Assembly (NCBI GenBank): GCA_016176465.1
Contig: JACOXD010000011.1
Coordinates: forward strand, 12,318-76,317
DNA: 64,000 bases
Direction: 5' to 3'
DNA from: Candidatus Daviesbacteria bacterium
GTDB taxonomy: Bacteria > Patescibacteriota > Microgenomatia > Daviesbacterales > UBA10151
The position numbers and the translations under genes were made by a program. Under the pieces are notes generated by a model. The model was not told the origin of the DNA and made no database searches. It saw only the letters and a list, made by a program, of their open reading frames with translations. This document shows positions 1 through 8,906 of the stretch, one piece after another; position 1 is the first letter of the stretch; each line of letters starts with the position of its first letter.

Positions 1-18
1 CAGGTTGTGTTAACATTT

Positions 19-141
19 CTACTCCTTATCAGCTCCCTCTTCATCCGATTGTCTTTCCAAAAGCTCCTGTTCGTCATCCTGGCTGCTACAAACCTCACAC
101 GGACATTTACCCGATTCGACCATTTCATCAACTGTGATCAT
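19..141 (-). CDS. Small Cys-containing hypothetical protein (40 aa)
   Basis: Manually translated MITVDEMVESGKCPCEVC...; ATGA overlap with the stop of 138..1580. Confidence 0.4.
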   Translation of the reverse strand: MITVDEMVESGKCPCEVCSSQDDEQELLERQSDEEGADKE

Positions 142-1580
142 GCTTCTACCTCCTCTGTGTAGGAAAGTTCGGTTTGCGTTAGTTTAGAAGGTGACACTTG
201 TGACTCATGTGACTCTGCTTCTGATATACCGCTATCTTCTGAAGGGTCTGAATCTTTATTAGGTATATCTGTTTCAGTGTCAGAAGTGTCATTAGAGGTA
301 TCCAAACCATAATTGAGTTTGAGTTTCTCAATTAGATCCAGATCGTAGAAAATCCCTCGCTTACCAGCTGTCCTCTTCTTTACGAACCCTAACCCTCTTA
401 ATATTCTGCCGATGACATCTTCTGCTAGAGTAAATCGTTCTTCCTTACCAGTGTTAATTTTTTTAGTAACAGCCTCTATAGATAGGAATCCTTTTTCTAC
501 TTCGTAATTCAGGTCAATTACCATCTCTAAAACCTTGGCTTCTAGGGAATCAGTTGCATCTTCTTTTTTCCTCTCGGAAATAATGTTTAACAGTCGGGCA
601 AAAGAAGCTTCTTTTTCTGGGAAATAAGTGGTAACTATTTTATATAGTGAGCCAGCAATATCACCCAAACGCCCAGAAGCGGGTTTATCTACCTCTTTCA
701 GCTCATCCTGATAGTGTAAAATCCTAAAAGCAGTTAACCTGGCCTTTAGCTCCCATGCATCCTTAGGCGTTACTGGGTTATTGAATACCTTGCCTGTAGG
801 CTTCATATCAACTGAAATAGCTCTTGACTCTAAAATATCGTCAACAGGTCTATTTGTGGCAATTATGGTTGGACCAAATAAATTAAAGGTTTTGGTATCC
901 CTAAAGGCTCCTTTCTCAGGCCACAGGGTGCGTGATGAACTAGATCCTTCCTCGAACCGTGCCAAAATAAGATCATCACAATTAGCTCTTTGAAACTTCT
1001 TAGGTGCATCCTTAACATCAAAGCCTAAAGCAGCCTTATGGTCGTTACCCCAGCGGATAATATCAGCTTCCCGTACAGTCTCCGTCCATACTCCTCGGCG
1101 AGATACATAGATACATCCCTTACCGGTTCTACTTTTACCCCTCTCCTTAACTGCATAAAGATAAATAATGGGTGAAAAGTGCAGCTTATCCAATAGGTAG
1201 GTATGGAAATCCCACAAGGCTAAAAGGTCGTAATAGGCTTCATGGGGAAGATCTGATATATTCTTATGGTAAGTGAGCAACTCCTCATACAGATCTAAGC
1301 TGTGTCGTAGATTAGCCTTGTATTCAGCTAGATAATGGAAGACTTTGTCAGCATCGGCTATAAAGTAGGGTATTGAACTTTTAGGGGGTGGTGCAAAAAC
1401 CTTATCTTCAACCCTTATGGTGTCTACAAGATTCAGTCCTTCGGTTAGATAAACTAGTTTCTCTTCAACAACTAAGACATCAATGGTTCCTGGAGCATCT
1501 AGGGAGTATGTTACTCTGTCTTCTTTATTACTATCTTTTTTGGCTTTTAGCTTTTCATCAATCCCTTCAAAATTATCCAT
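138..1580 (-). CDS. Replication protein with P-loop-like motif (DUF3631-like, primase-associated)
   Basis: YAVKERGKSR Walker-A-like motif, LESRAI motif, C-terminal wHTH-like LRGLGF; overlaps the Prim-Pol gene. Confidence 0.6.
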   Translation of the reverse strand: MDNFEGIDEKLKAKKDSNKEDRVTYSLDAPGTIDVLVVEEKLVYLTEGLNLVDTIRVEDKVFAPPPKSSIPYFIADADKVFHYLAEYKANLRHSLDLYEELLTYHKNISDLPHEAYYDLLALWDFHTYLLDKLHFSPIIYLYAVKERGKSRTGKGCIYVSRRGVWTETVREADIIRWGNDHKAALGFDVKDAPKKFQRANCDDLILARFEEGSSSSRTLWPEKGAFRDTKTFNLFGPTIIATNRPVDDILESRAISVDMKPTGKVFNNPVTPKDAWELKARLTAFRILHYQDELKEVDKPASGRLGDIAGSLYKIVTTYFPEKEASFARLLNIISERKKEDATDSLEAKVLEMVIDLNYEVEKGFLSIEAVTKKINTGKEERFTLAEDVIGRILRGLGFVKKRTAGKRGIFYDLDLIEKLKLNYGLDTSNDTSDTETDIPNKDSDPSEDSGISEAESHESQVSPSKLTQTELSYTEEVEA

Positions 1581-2301
1581 TTTTTGTCCTTTCCCTAGTC
1601 AGAAAATTGACAGCACTTTCAAATTTCCGATTGACTTCTTTGGTTGCTAGTGGAGGCTGAAAGGTGGAATTTATAAAGAGCAGAAATTGATAGACTAGTT
1701 TTGATGGGATACCACGAGCCAATAAGCTACAAGCAGCTCTGTAGAGATTAATATCTCTAGCACCCTCTGTTTGCCCTAGAATTGACTTCCAATCCAAATT
1801 AGTTGAACTTTTGTTTGTACCCTGAAGATCAATTATCCATTGAGGCATTTCATGAAATTCATTAACAAATGGTGGAGTAATCCAAGTATATTGATTACCA
1901 GAGGCATGAATTGATGGTGGTAGAATTACGTAACCGCCATCGGATTTTAGATCAATTCCATCTTTTATCCCATTCTGGCTATGAACATTAGGATTATACT
2001 GGTAGAAATGGTGTGATCCACCCCCACCAGTTTGTGACTTAACTGTATCTGTTAGGTTATCAGTAGTACCAGCATGTCTTGGGTCAACATCAATTACACT
2101 AACACCGGATAGTTTTCCTGTAACAAGGCCAATATTTGCCCAGGGCCACTTTGACCACCAATCGTTTATCTCATCAATAGTTGGTAATTTCTTTTGGTAT
2201 TCAAACCAAGACTCAAGACAAGGTTTTTTATTGGACGGGTTAATAGGGATAACTGACCAACCTTTTGAAAGATATTTTAAAGCAGCCTCTAGATTAGTCA
2301 T
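1573..2301 (-). CDS. Bifunctional DNA primase/polymerase (Prim-Pol with PriCT-like C-terminus)
   Basis: AALKYLSKGWSVIP, ANIGLVTG, VIDVD, TGGGGSH, GGYVILPPS motifs; start moved to MTNLE. Confidence 0.9.
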   Translation of the reverse strand: MTNLEAALKYLSKGWSVIPINPSNKKPCLESWFEYQKKLPTIDEINDWWSKWPWANIGLVTGKLSGVSVIDVDPRHAGTTDNLTDTVKSQTGGGGSHHFYQYNPNVHSQNGIKDGIDLKSDGGYVILPPSIHASGNQYTWITPPFVNEFHEMPQWIIDLQGTNKSSTNLDWKSILGQTEGARDINLYRAACSLLARGIPSKLVYQFLLFINSTFQPPLATKEVNRKFESAVNFLTRERTKNG

Positions 2302-2473
2302 TCTGTGCTTCCTCCGCTGCAACAAGTACGTATCCCTTTCCCTCACAGCCCTGACAAACTTTCGCTCCATATTTCAAAGTTCCAAAACCACGACAAACCG
2401 GACACTCAATCGGTAAGTGCTTAGCTTTTACTTTAATTACTCTGATTTTTGTTTCTTTTTGAAAGTCGTCCAT
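2294..2473 (-). CDS. Small DnaJ-type zinc-finger protein
   Basis: CPVCRGFG...CQGCEGKG. Confidence 0.65.
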   Translation of the reverse strand: MDDFQKETKIRVIKVKAKHLPIECPVCRGFGTLKYGAKVCQGCEGKGYVLVAAEEAQND

Positions 2474-2603
2474 GCCATCCAAACCCAATCCTTTGAGATC
2501 ATAATGGCACATCAATTAAGGCTTCTCAAAAGGATTGTGTGAGAATTTTGATCCTGAAACAGACCAAAAAAGTTTTTATTAAAGCCGTATAAAGTAATGG
2601 GGC

Positions 2604-2993
2604 TTAAGTAGGTTTAAGATGATAAAACCACTTTCTACCTCGCCTGAACTTATCTATACCCATGTTCATATTTCTTAAGGGTTCATAAGATTTTATTGTC
2701 TTTCTGGTATCAGTTACCAAACGTCCTGGTGCCTTGCTATTTGTCTCTTCTGCAATCCCATTAATATCAAGGGAACCTTTTATAATAAGCGCTTCAAGTA
2801 GTTTTTGTTGTTTTTCTGGAAAATGAAAATTCTTTATGATAGTTTTGAACAAGCTGGTACGCTGTCTTCTGGCACTCTTTGGGTATTTTGGTTCATCAAT
2901 TTCTCTGATTTCATGACCCTCATCAGCCAAAAAAAGCCGCATTGCTGCTTGGGCAATAGGGGGCATTGATAGTTTTTTCTTCCTTCCATCCAT
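2604..2993 (-). CDS. Hypothetical winged-helix DNA-binding protein (start may be 2966)
   Basis: Basic, helix pattern QKLLEAL...INGIAEE; element context. Confidence 0.5.
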   Translation of the reverse strand: MDGRKKKLSMPPIAQAAMRLFLADEGHEIREIDEPKYPKSARRQRTSLFKTIIKNFHFPEKQQKLLEALIIKGSLDINGIAEETNSKAPGRLVTDTRKTIKSYEPLRNMNMGIDKFRRGRKWFYHLKPT

Positions 2994-3217
2994 CCTTCAA
3001 TAATTCCTTATATTGCGTGCATGGATTAACAGATTTTTCCAAGCTCACTACGCAGGGTAATTATACCTTAAAAAGTAGTATAATTGAATCTGAGCAGGCG
3101 TGGAGATAATTTTACCCCTAAGGATATTAAATTTTAACTATTTTTCACTTATTCTGGAAGCTAATGTAAGATTGTAGTGGGGGTATACATTTTTGATATG
3201 TGCTGTTAACCAGCTTC

Positions 3218-4081
3218 CTAAGGCTGAGCCATAATTTGTATCTTTTCCCGTTCCAATGCACTTTTTTCAGCTTGCAGCAAGTCAATTCTGTATCTCATGT
3301 CAGCTATAGTGTTGTTAATCATTTGTGTACAGATGTAATTATCACACCCTTGATCAAATTGTTGAACTTGGGCCTGTATATTGTTCTGCCAAAAAGCAAT
3401 GTCCTTATTGATCTTATTAATTTTTCCATCAATCATTTTTAGAGCTTGTTCTTTTCCTGTATTGGGGCTGGGAGTTGGTGAGGGGGTGGGTGTTGGAGTA
3501 CTTGTGGGCTTTGGGGTAGGAGAGCTTGTTTTAGGAACTTGAACGGGTTTAGGTGTAGGAGATACGTCCTTCAAAATTATATCTGATGAATCAAGTTTCC
3601 ATTTTCCGTCTTCTAATACCAGCTTCCAGATTCCTTCAAAAGTTTTGGTTTGAACTTGTCCCTTTAAATCATCTTTAGCTTCTATCTGAACATAAACTAT
3701 CTTGTTTGATAAATCCTGGACATAGACATCTTTAGTTACTACATTTAATGTGTTTTTGTAACCACTGACAAAATTATCATAATTCTGGGCATAATTTTGA
3801 AAATTTTTACTTAATAGATTCCAGGCAGAATCAAATTCTTTGGAAGATATTGCGGCATAGAAATCTTTTACAGGTATTAATAGATCAGATTCAACCATGG
3901 GAACAGGAGTTGGAGAAGGTTCTTGTTGCTCGGTTAGATTTTTTATCTGTAACAATCCACCTTCTCCGCTTAGGTTTAATTTAACTAAACCTGTTTCCCT
4001 AACCACCGCTACTGTAAATAATCCTACTACAGCCCAGATTATAATTGGAATTACCACAAATCCTTTTTGAGAGTTTGTCAT
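3218..4081 (-). CDS. Membrane-anchored protein with pilin-like leader, NTF2-like domain and PT linker
   Basis: QKGF then hydrophobic stretch; FYAAI..KEFDSAWNLLS, WKLVLEDGKWKL; PT repeats. Confidence 0.65.
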   Translation of the reverse strand: MTNSQKGFVVIPIIIWAVVGLFTVAVVRETGLVKLNLSGEGGLLQIKNLTEQQEPSPTPVPMVESDLLIPVKDFYAAISSKEFDSAWNLLSKNFQNYAQNYDNFVSGYKNTLNVVTKDVYVQDLSNKIVYVQIEAKDDLKGQVQTKTFEGIWKLVLEDGKWKLDSSDIILKDVSPTPKPVQVPKTSSPTPKPTSTPTPTPSPTPSPNTGKEQALKMIDGKINKINKDIAFWQNNIQAQVQQFDQGCDNYICTQMINNTIADMRYRIDLLQAEKSALEREKIQIMAQP

Positions 4082-4126
4082 ATTATTTACTCCTACTTTA
4101 TGTTAACACACCCAAAACCACTACAT

Positions 4127-4309
4127 TCACGGCTGCCACCAAGGTTTTTGACATTCTTCCCAAGCATCAAAACTCGTAATTTTACCCGCCATACGATCAG
4201 CAAATTCCTTTTGGCAATGATTATAGTACACATCACTTCTCCAGAAGTAAAAAAATAGAAGCCCAAACCCTATTAAGGCAACAATTAATACTTTTTGAAA
4301 GGTTGTCAT
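4127..4309 (-). CDS. Small membrane protein (MTTFQK family)
   Basis: One TM and two Cys; paralog of 4326..4505. Confidence 0.6.
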   Translation of the reverse strand: MTTFQKVLIVALIGFGLLFFYFWRSDVYYNHCQKEFADRMAGKITSFDAWEECQKPWWQP

Positions 4310-4325
4310 TGTTTAATATATATGT

Positions 4326-4505
4326 TTATTTTTTATCAGGAATGAATCCAAAACCTTGCTTCGAATATTGATCGCAAATAGTAAAACGTTGTGGCGTTTC
4401 TGCTGTAGCACAAGCATAAAATTCAAAACCTGTTTTAAAAAAATATAAAAAGAGGGCTCCAAAAACTATTAAAATTGAAATAAGCCATTTTTGAAAAGTT
4501 GTCAT
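4326..4505 (-). CDS. Small membrane protein (MTTFQK family, 59 aa, not in ORF track)
   Basis: Manually translated MTTFQKWLISILIVFGALFLYFF...C...C...; abuts the stop of 4506..4952. Confidence 0.65.
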   Translation of the reverse strand: MTTFQKWLISILIVFGALFLYFFKTGFEFYACATAETPQRFTICDQYSKQGFGFIPDKK

Positions 4506-4952
4506 TTATCCTTTTCTATCTTTCTTCCTAATATGATCAATAAATATACTAACTATGGCATACAAAAAACCCAGAGCCAAAAAAGCACCCATTAATATTA
4601 GCAGAGATCCTGAGATAGCTCCTCCTATTTTTACTAAAATAGGATTACCCATATACCAACCTAGAAACATGAAAAGTGCGATAATAGATAATATAACAAT
4701 GCCAGTACGCCACACGTTACCTACAACCCACCAAAGTGTCACTTTCAGTCCGTCTTGCTCAATTCTTTTATCAACTTTCTTCCATAGTTTTTGAACAAGT
4801 AGAACTCCAAAGAAAAATAAAAGGACCTTGAAAGTATTCGTGTAGGTTTCTTCTGCAATAAAAGATATAAAAATGATCAAACCCAAGAGGGTAATTATGA
4901 CTGTATTATTTGATTCATCGTTATTGCTGTAATCTCCAATTTTATGTATCAT
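4506..4952 (-). CDS. Hypothetical multi-pass membrane protein
   Basis: Four hydrophobic segments. Confidence 0.65.
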   Translation of the reverse strand: MIHKIGDYSNNDESNNTVIITLLGLIIFISFIAEETYTNTFKVLLFFFGVLLVQKLWKKVDKRIEQDGLKVTLWWVVGNVWRTGIVILSIIALFMFLGWYMGNPILVKIGGAISGSLLILMGAFLALGFLYAIVSIFIDHIRKKDRKG

Positions 4953-4971
4953 TATTTTCCCTCTAAAAGAT

Positions 4972-5235
4972 TTAGGTTAACCAGAAAAAAATCAAAATTA
5001 CCAGGAAGAAAATAATATAGATTAATGTTATTTTCTTATAAAATTTCTGTTCAGATTTTTGCTCTATAACTAAATCCCATAGACTTAAACCTGTATGAAT
5101 TCCAGTTTTTAAGTTGAATGTAGAAATAGTAACTAGAATTGCCAAAAAAAACATCACTGGCGCAACAGCTGCTATAACTAAAATTTGAATAGGAAAAAAA
5201 AGAATTGCAACAAGCAATTTTTGAAAAGCTGTCAT
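4972..5235 (-). CDS. Small membrane protein (MTAFQK)
   Basis: Hydrophobic; ATG 1 nt after the stop of 5237..5449. Confidence 0.6.
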   Translation of the reverse strand: MTAFQKLLVAILFFPIQILVIAAVAPVMFFLAILVTISTFNLKTGIHTGLSLWDLVIEQKSEQKFYKKITLIYIIFFLVILIFFWLT

Positions 5236-5236
5236 A

Positions 5237-5449
5237 CTATTTGTTTTCTTCCTTCCATCCATACCAGTATGAAAGTAGGAAAATTCCAATGATAACCACA
5301 ATTACTACTACCTGTTGTGAGTCTCCTCTTTCAAGAACTGGGGAAAGAAGCTGAAGCCCAAGAATTAAAGTTATTACAAAAAGAACTGCATAGGCATATT
5401 TTCTAAATCTCTTTGGAAACAGCAATAAAAGCCAAAGAATAGGATTCAT
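5237..5449 (-). CDS. Small membrane protein
   Basis: Hydrophobic 70-aa ORF, first gene divergent from XRE. Confidence 0.55.
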   Translation of the reverse strand: MNPILWLLLLFPKRFRKYAYAVLFVITLILGLQLLSPVLERGDSQQVVVIVVIIGIFLLSYWYGWKEENK

Positions 5450-5478
5450 GTTCGTTTAACCTCAATTCATGCGTAAAA

Positions 5479-5521
5479 CTGGAATATATTTCCTGTTCAT
5501 ATTCTGGCATATATTCCAGAA
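5479..5521. promoter_or_regulatory. Two related imperfect palindromes, candidate XRE operators
   Basis: CTGGAATATATTTCCTG and TTCTGGCATATATTCCAGAA between divergent genes. Confidence 0.5.
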
Positions 5522-5531
5522 TTTAGTCAAT

Positions 5532-5741
5532 ATGACCAAATATAAAAAACTTGGAGAGAAAGTTAAGAAATTGAGGAAAGCTCGAGATTGGACGCAAGAA
5601 AAATTGGCAGAAGCTGCAAATGTTGACCCAAAGACAATTATAGAGTTAGAAGCTGGTAAAAGAGCAAACCCTACCCTCCAAACTCTTAATAAACTTGCAA
5701 GAGCCTTAAAAACTTCTCTTGAAGAGTTACTCTCTACCTAA
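5532..5741 (+). CDS. XRE-family HTH regulator
   Basis: LGEKVKKLRKARDWTQEKLAEAA...LEAG..NPTLQTL. Confidence 0.9.
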   Translation: MTKYKKLGEKVKKLRKARDWTQEKLAEAANVDPKTIIELEAGKRANPTLQTLNKLARALKTSLEELLST

Positions 5742-5976
5742 AAATCCTGAGATGGTACCAATTTGAAGAAATTTATCCAGCTGGGGTTTTAAGGACCCTT
5801 AGAATAAGGACAGGGGACGTGAGAACCTATATATATTTTCCCACAGTTCCTATCTATGCTGTAAGCACAAAGTCACACACCACCTTCTGTATCAGAGAAA
5901 CCCCTTTTCTTTCTACTTCCTGTAATGTTAGTTATCGGAACAAAAATTGTCTGTCCTCCTATCTTAGCCTCAGCGT

Positions 5977-6699
5977 TCAGTTAATGGTCGTATACTGAAC
6001 ACCTGTGGGCAAATAATCCTTATAAAATGGGTTGTCCAAGATATATTTTATGCTTGATTTACCCATTCCAAACTTATCCCCAATAGCTTGCAAGGTTAGC
6101 TTCTCTTTTATTCTGAAGTTAAAGATTGCTTTTACCTTTTCAAACTCATTCTTATCAATGACCAAATCACTCTTTTGTGCCATATTACGCTTCTTTAACT
6201 TAAAGCCAAGCGGTAACATATCAGGTGATCCAAGTCTTCTACCCTGCCTTGTAAGTTCCTGTAGTGCATCAATTGTACGTTCTGCTATCAGATCCCGCTC
6301 CATCTGTGCCATAGCTCCCATGACTGTAAGAAAAAACTTACCAGAAGCAGAACTTGTATCTATATTCTCGTTTAGACTTATAAATTGAATATCATTTTTT
6401 GCAAAAACATCTTCAATAAGATAGAGGAGGTCCCGAGTTTTACGGGTTAATCGGTCTAATTTGTAGCAAATAACACCATCTATTTTCTTTTCCTTGACTA
6501 AATTTATGATTTTTTGAAGTCCTGGTCTATTCATGGTCTTACCAGATTTACCCTCCTCAATAATCATTTCCACTAAATCCATGTCCTTTAAATCCGCATA
6601 AGCCATAATTTTATGCTCCTGATTATCTAAGCTAACACCATCACGGCTCTGCTCAAGAGTTGATACCCTGGTATATCCAATTACTCTAAGCTTTTTCAT
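5977..6699 (-). CDS. Serine recombinase (resolvase family)
   Basis: GYTRVST catalytic Ser motif, SGK..NRPGL, KLDRLTR, ERDLIAER. Confidence 0.93.
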   Translation of the reverse strand: MKKLRVIGYTRVSTLEQSRDGVSLDNQEHKIMAYADLKDMDLVEMIIEEGKSGKTMNRPGLQKIINLVKEKKIDGVICYKLDRLTRKTRDLLYLIEDVFAKNDIQFISLNENIDTSSASGKFFLTVMGAMAQMERDLIAERTIDALQELTRQGRRLGSPDMLPLGFKLKKRNMAQKSDLVIDKNEFEKVKAIFNFRIKEKLTLQAIGDKFGMGKSSIKYILDNPFYKDYLPTGVQYTTIN

Positions 6700-7241
6700 T
6701 TTTCTTCCTCATCAACAATTTTTATCCTTCTGTATCCCTTAATTGGTTTGCCATATGCGTAATGCGTTGGTGAACCTAAGATAGATTGCGGACGTCCTTT
6801 GTATTCTGGTTGATCTAATTTCTTAGTGAAATGTTTAACATCCGCTGTGAGTTTTCTGATGTCCTCGTTACAGGTATATAGATTTATTGCTTGGTGTAAG
6901 AAAACCGCCATAGAACCGCCAGGTTGGGCAGTTAATACTGGAGATAGCTTTTCAATAGCCTCATTAAACTGTTGTACTAATTTCGATCTTTCTTCTGATT
7001 TATCCGGTAAAGGAAGTCCAGCATATACTAATAACTCGGTACCATTTATCCTGTACCATTTACCTCCAAATTTATTAGCCTGTAACCTTCCTGATTTGAT
7101 AGCTCGATGAATAGTGGCTACTGAAACATGAAGCAATTCAGCTGCTTCCTCTGCTGTATAGGTCGTGAAATGTAATATTGGATCGCTCATAATGTTTAAG
7201 TCTACATCAACGATGATGTATTTGTCAATATTAAGATTCAT
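6696..7241 (-). CDS. Excisionase-like HTH protein with C-terminal extension (start may be 7190)
   Basis: YTAEEAAELLHVSVATIHRAIKSGRLQA..GGKWYRI; overlaps the recombinase start. Confidence 0.8.
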   Translation of the reverse strand: MNLNIDKYIIVDVDLNIMSDPILHFTTYTAEEAAELLHVSVATIHRAIKSGRLQANKFGGKWYRINGTELLVYAGLPLPDKSEERSKLVQQFNEAIEKLSPVLTAQPGGSMAVFLHQAINLYTCNEDIRKLTADVKHFTKKLDQPEYKGRPQSILGSPTHYAYGKPIKGYRRIKIVDEEEK

Positions 7242-7286
7242 AATTAGATCATTTGCATGTGCTCTTGATAATCTTGAAAGGGGTAA

Positions 7287-7832
7287 CTAGTCTAATGAAA
7301 GGTTAATGGTCTTAACTTTCTCGATAGCCACCTTAAAGGCAGTGATACCATCGACTAAATCGGCATAGGCTCTATGTAATTGCCTAAAAGATACATACTT
7401 ACCAAGGCTATTCCAAGAAGGATGTGCAAAATCATTCCTTATATCATTTACTCTTGTCATTAATCTAAATAAGTCAACATCGAATTCGTATGTTTCATTA
7501 AGCTTTCTAAAAACCTCTAAGCGGCGAGCAAAACCTAATCTTTCTATAAAATTATCATAAAGAAACCTTGCTCTAGCTAATTGCGGTCCAGTTAGAGGTT
7601 TATCCCGAATTAAAATCCCTTTTGGATAAAAGTAATGTAGGATTGTAGTCGTCATCCCATCATCCATTTCAGCGTGAACAAAAATGGCCCAGTGCCTCAG
7701 CTCTTTTAAATCTTCTTTGGTTATATCTCCAAATGGTGGAGTCCTTCGATCAAAAACAGTTTCTAATCCCTCTAATATTTGTTTAAGAGTTGTAATCTGT
7801 TGCTTGTAGTTATTCACCCAGAAATTATACAA
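7287..7832 (-). CDS. HEPN-like (RX4H) helical protein
   Basis: RNDFAH motif in an all-alpha 181-aa protein. Confidence 0.55.
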   Translation of the reverse strand: MYNFWVNNYKQQITTLKQILEGLETVFDRRTPPFGDITKEDLKELRHWAIFVHAEMDDGMTTTILHYFYPKGILIRDKPLTGPQLARARFLYDNFIERLGFARRLEVFRKLNETYEFDVDLFRLMTRVNDIRNDFAHPSWNSLGKYVSFRQLHRAYADLVDGITAFKVAIEKVKTINLSLD

Positions 7833-8053
7833 TAGAAGAACATATACTACCGTATGAACTCAAAGAGATCTGTAAATTTGTAGTTCCTGAAATGACAGGT
7901 TTGGTATTAGGGCCAGACTAACGTCTACCAGGTGGACACCAGAGCCCTAATTAAACCGCAAAAGTAGCTATTTTTAAATGATTCTTAAGTTGAGATAATT
8001 GAGCAAATAGTAATTGTGTTTCACTTGAGTTACTATCTAACAGTTGCGTTATA

Positions 8054-8083
8054 GGTTCGAGTACAGAACCGACTCCCGCTCCA
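8054..8083 (+). other. Candidate att site (tRNA-Gly-like 3' fragment)
   Basis: GGTTCGAGT...CTCCCGCTCCA matches the typical tRNA-Gly T-loop and acceptor end; no 5' half present. Confidence 0.55.
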
Positions 8084-8091
8084 AGATGGAA

Positions 8092-8104
8092 CACCTTCGA
8101 GGTG
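8092..8104. repeat. REP-like palindrome CACCT-N3-AGGTG
   Basis: Flanks RAYT; related copy at 8843-8859. Confidence 0.7.
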
Positions 8105-8125
8105 GTCTAGGCAGGCACCTCTTCT

Positions 8126-8800
8126 CTATTCTAAAACCAAGTGCTTGATCTTATCTAATTCTCTAGCATAGCTTACTTGATCCAAAACAAATTTTTTATA
8201 TTCATTTATAGATTTAAAAAAACCTAAAACCTCCTCAGAGCTTGTAATCTTCTCTGCTTTTGGTACCAAATACTCAAAGTAAGAAGACCATTGGTAGTTT
8301 TCCAAATCCTCCGTCTTAATTAAGTAGGAAGTTACTGGGTTTAGATGAATATATCTTGATAGATGAATAAACTGTTCATCAGAATCAACAAACACTGCCT
8401 TGAATAACCCCTGAAGAAGTGGACCCACTCTTTTATTTTTGGTGTTAAAGTATTTGGTATAAGAGTTAGAAAAGTTAGATATAAATTTAGATATACCATT
8501 TTCTTTCTTCTGCTTTAGTAGGAAGTGAAAATGGTTGGGCATTAAACAAAAAGCAATAATTTCTACTAATACATTCTCATCATCTAAGTTTTTCCATAAT
8601 TCATCTTTTTTGTCATTTGCGAGATCTAAAAACTTGGAAAATTTCAAAGGCAGACTTCCGTAGCGGTAAAACTTTAAAGTTTCTAAAGCTCTTGAATATT
8701 CCCTGCTTTTGGTAAAAATTGGACGCTTCTCTACACCTCGATTAAAAACATGATAGATGATCTGCTCATTTGCAAAAACAAACTTTCTATTTGTGGGCAT
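8126..8800 (-). CDS. REP-associated tyrosine transposase (RAYT, Y1 HUH)
   Basis: YHVFNRG, CLMPNHFH, YIHLNP, WSSY motifs. Confidence 0.93.
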   Translation of the reverse strand: MPTNRKFVFANEQIIYHVFNRGVEKRPIFTKSREYSRALETLKFYRYGSLPLKFSKFLDLANDKKDELWKNLDDENVLVEIIAFCLMPNHFHFLLKQKKENGISKFISNFSNSYTKYFNTKNKRVGPLLQGLFKAVFVDSDEQFIHLSRYIHLNPVTSYLIKTEDLENYQWSSYFEYLVPKAEKITSSEEVLGFFKSINEYKKFVLDQVSYARELDKIKHLVLE

Positions 8801-8842
8801 CTATTTAAAGTATGGACTAAAAAAGGACAGGTGTCAACCCAG

Positions 8843-8859
8843 ACCACCTTTCAGGTGGT
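8843..8859. repeat. REP-like palindrome ACCACCT-TTC-AGGTGGT
   Basis: Upstream of RAYT, inverted relative to the 8092 copy. Confidence 0.7.
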
Positions 8860-8906
8860 TCTTTGCTCTTTGCTATGTGATTATCGAGGTCTGCTAAGCT
8901 CTTAAT

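Larger units (their letters stand above)
1..8083. mobile_element. Right part of an integrative satellite/prophage-like element (left end outside window)
   Basis: Prim-Pol, P-loop replication protein, XRE, serine recombinase and Xis-like gene, mostly co-oriented; ends at tRNA-like 3' fragment CTCCCGCTCCA. Confidence 0.75.

Noticed and set aside
3465-3560. Repetitive GGT/TGG tract
   Set aside because: Encodes a Pro/Thr linker.
7906-8083. Possible RNase P RNA or tmRNA (ACAGAACCGACT, CTTGAG, hairpin 7906-7951)
   Set aside because: No GAGGAAAGTC P4 5' strand, no tmRNA 5' end or convincing tag frame; a tRNA-Gly 3' att fragment explains it better.
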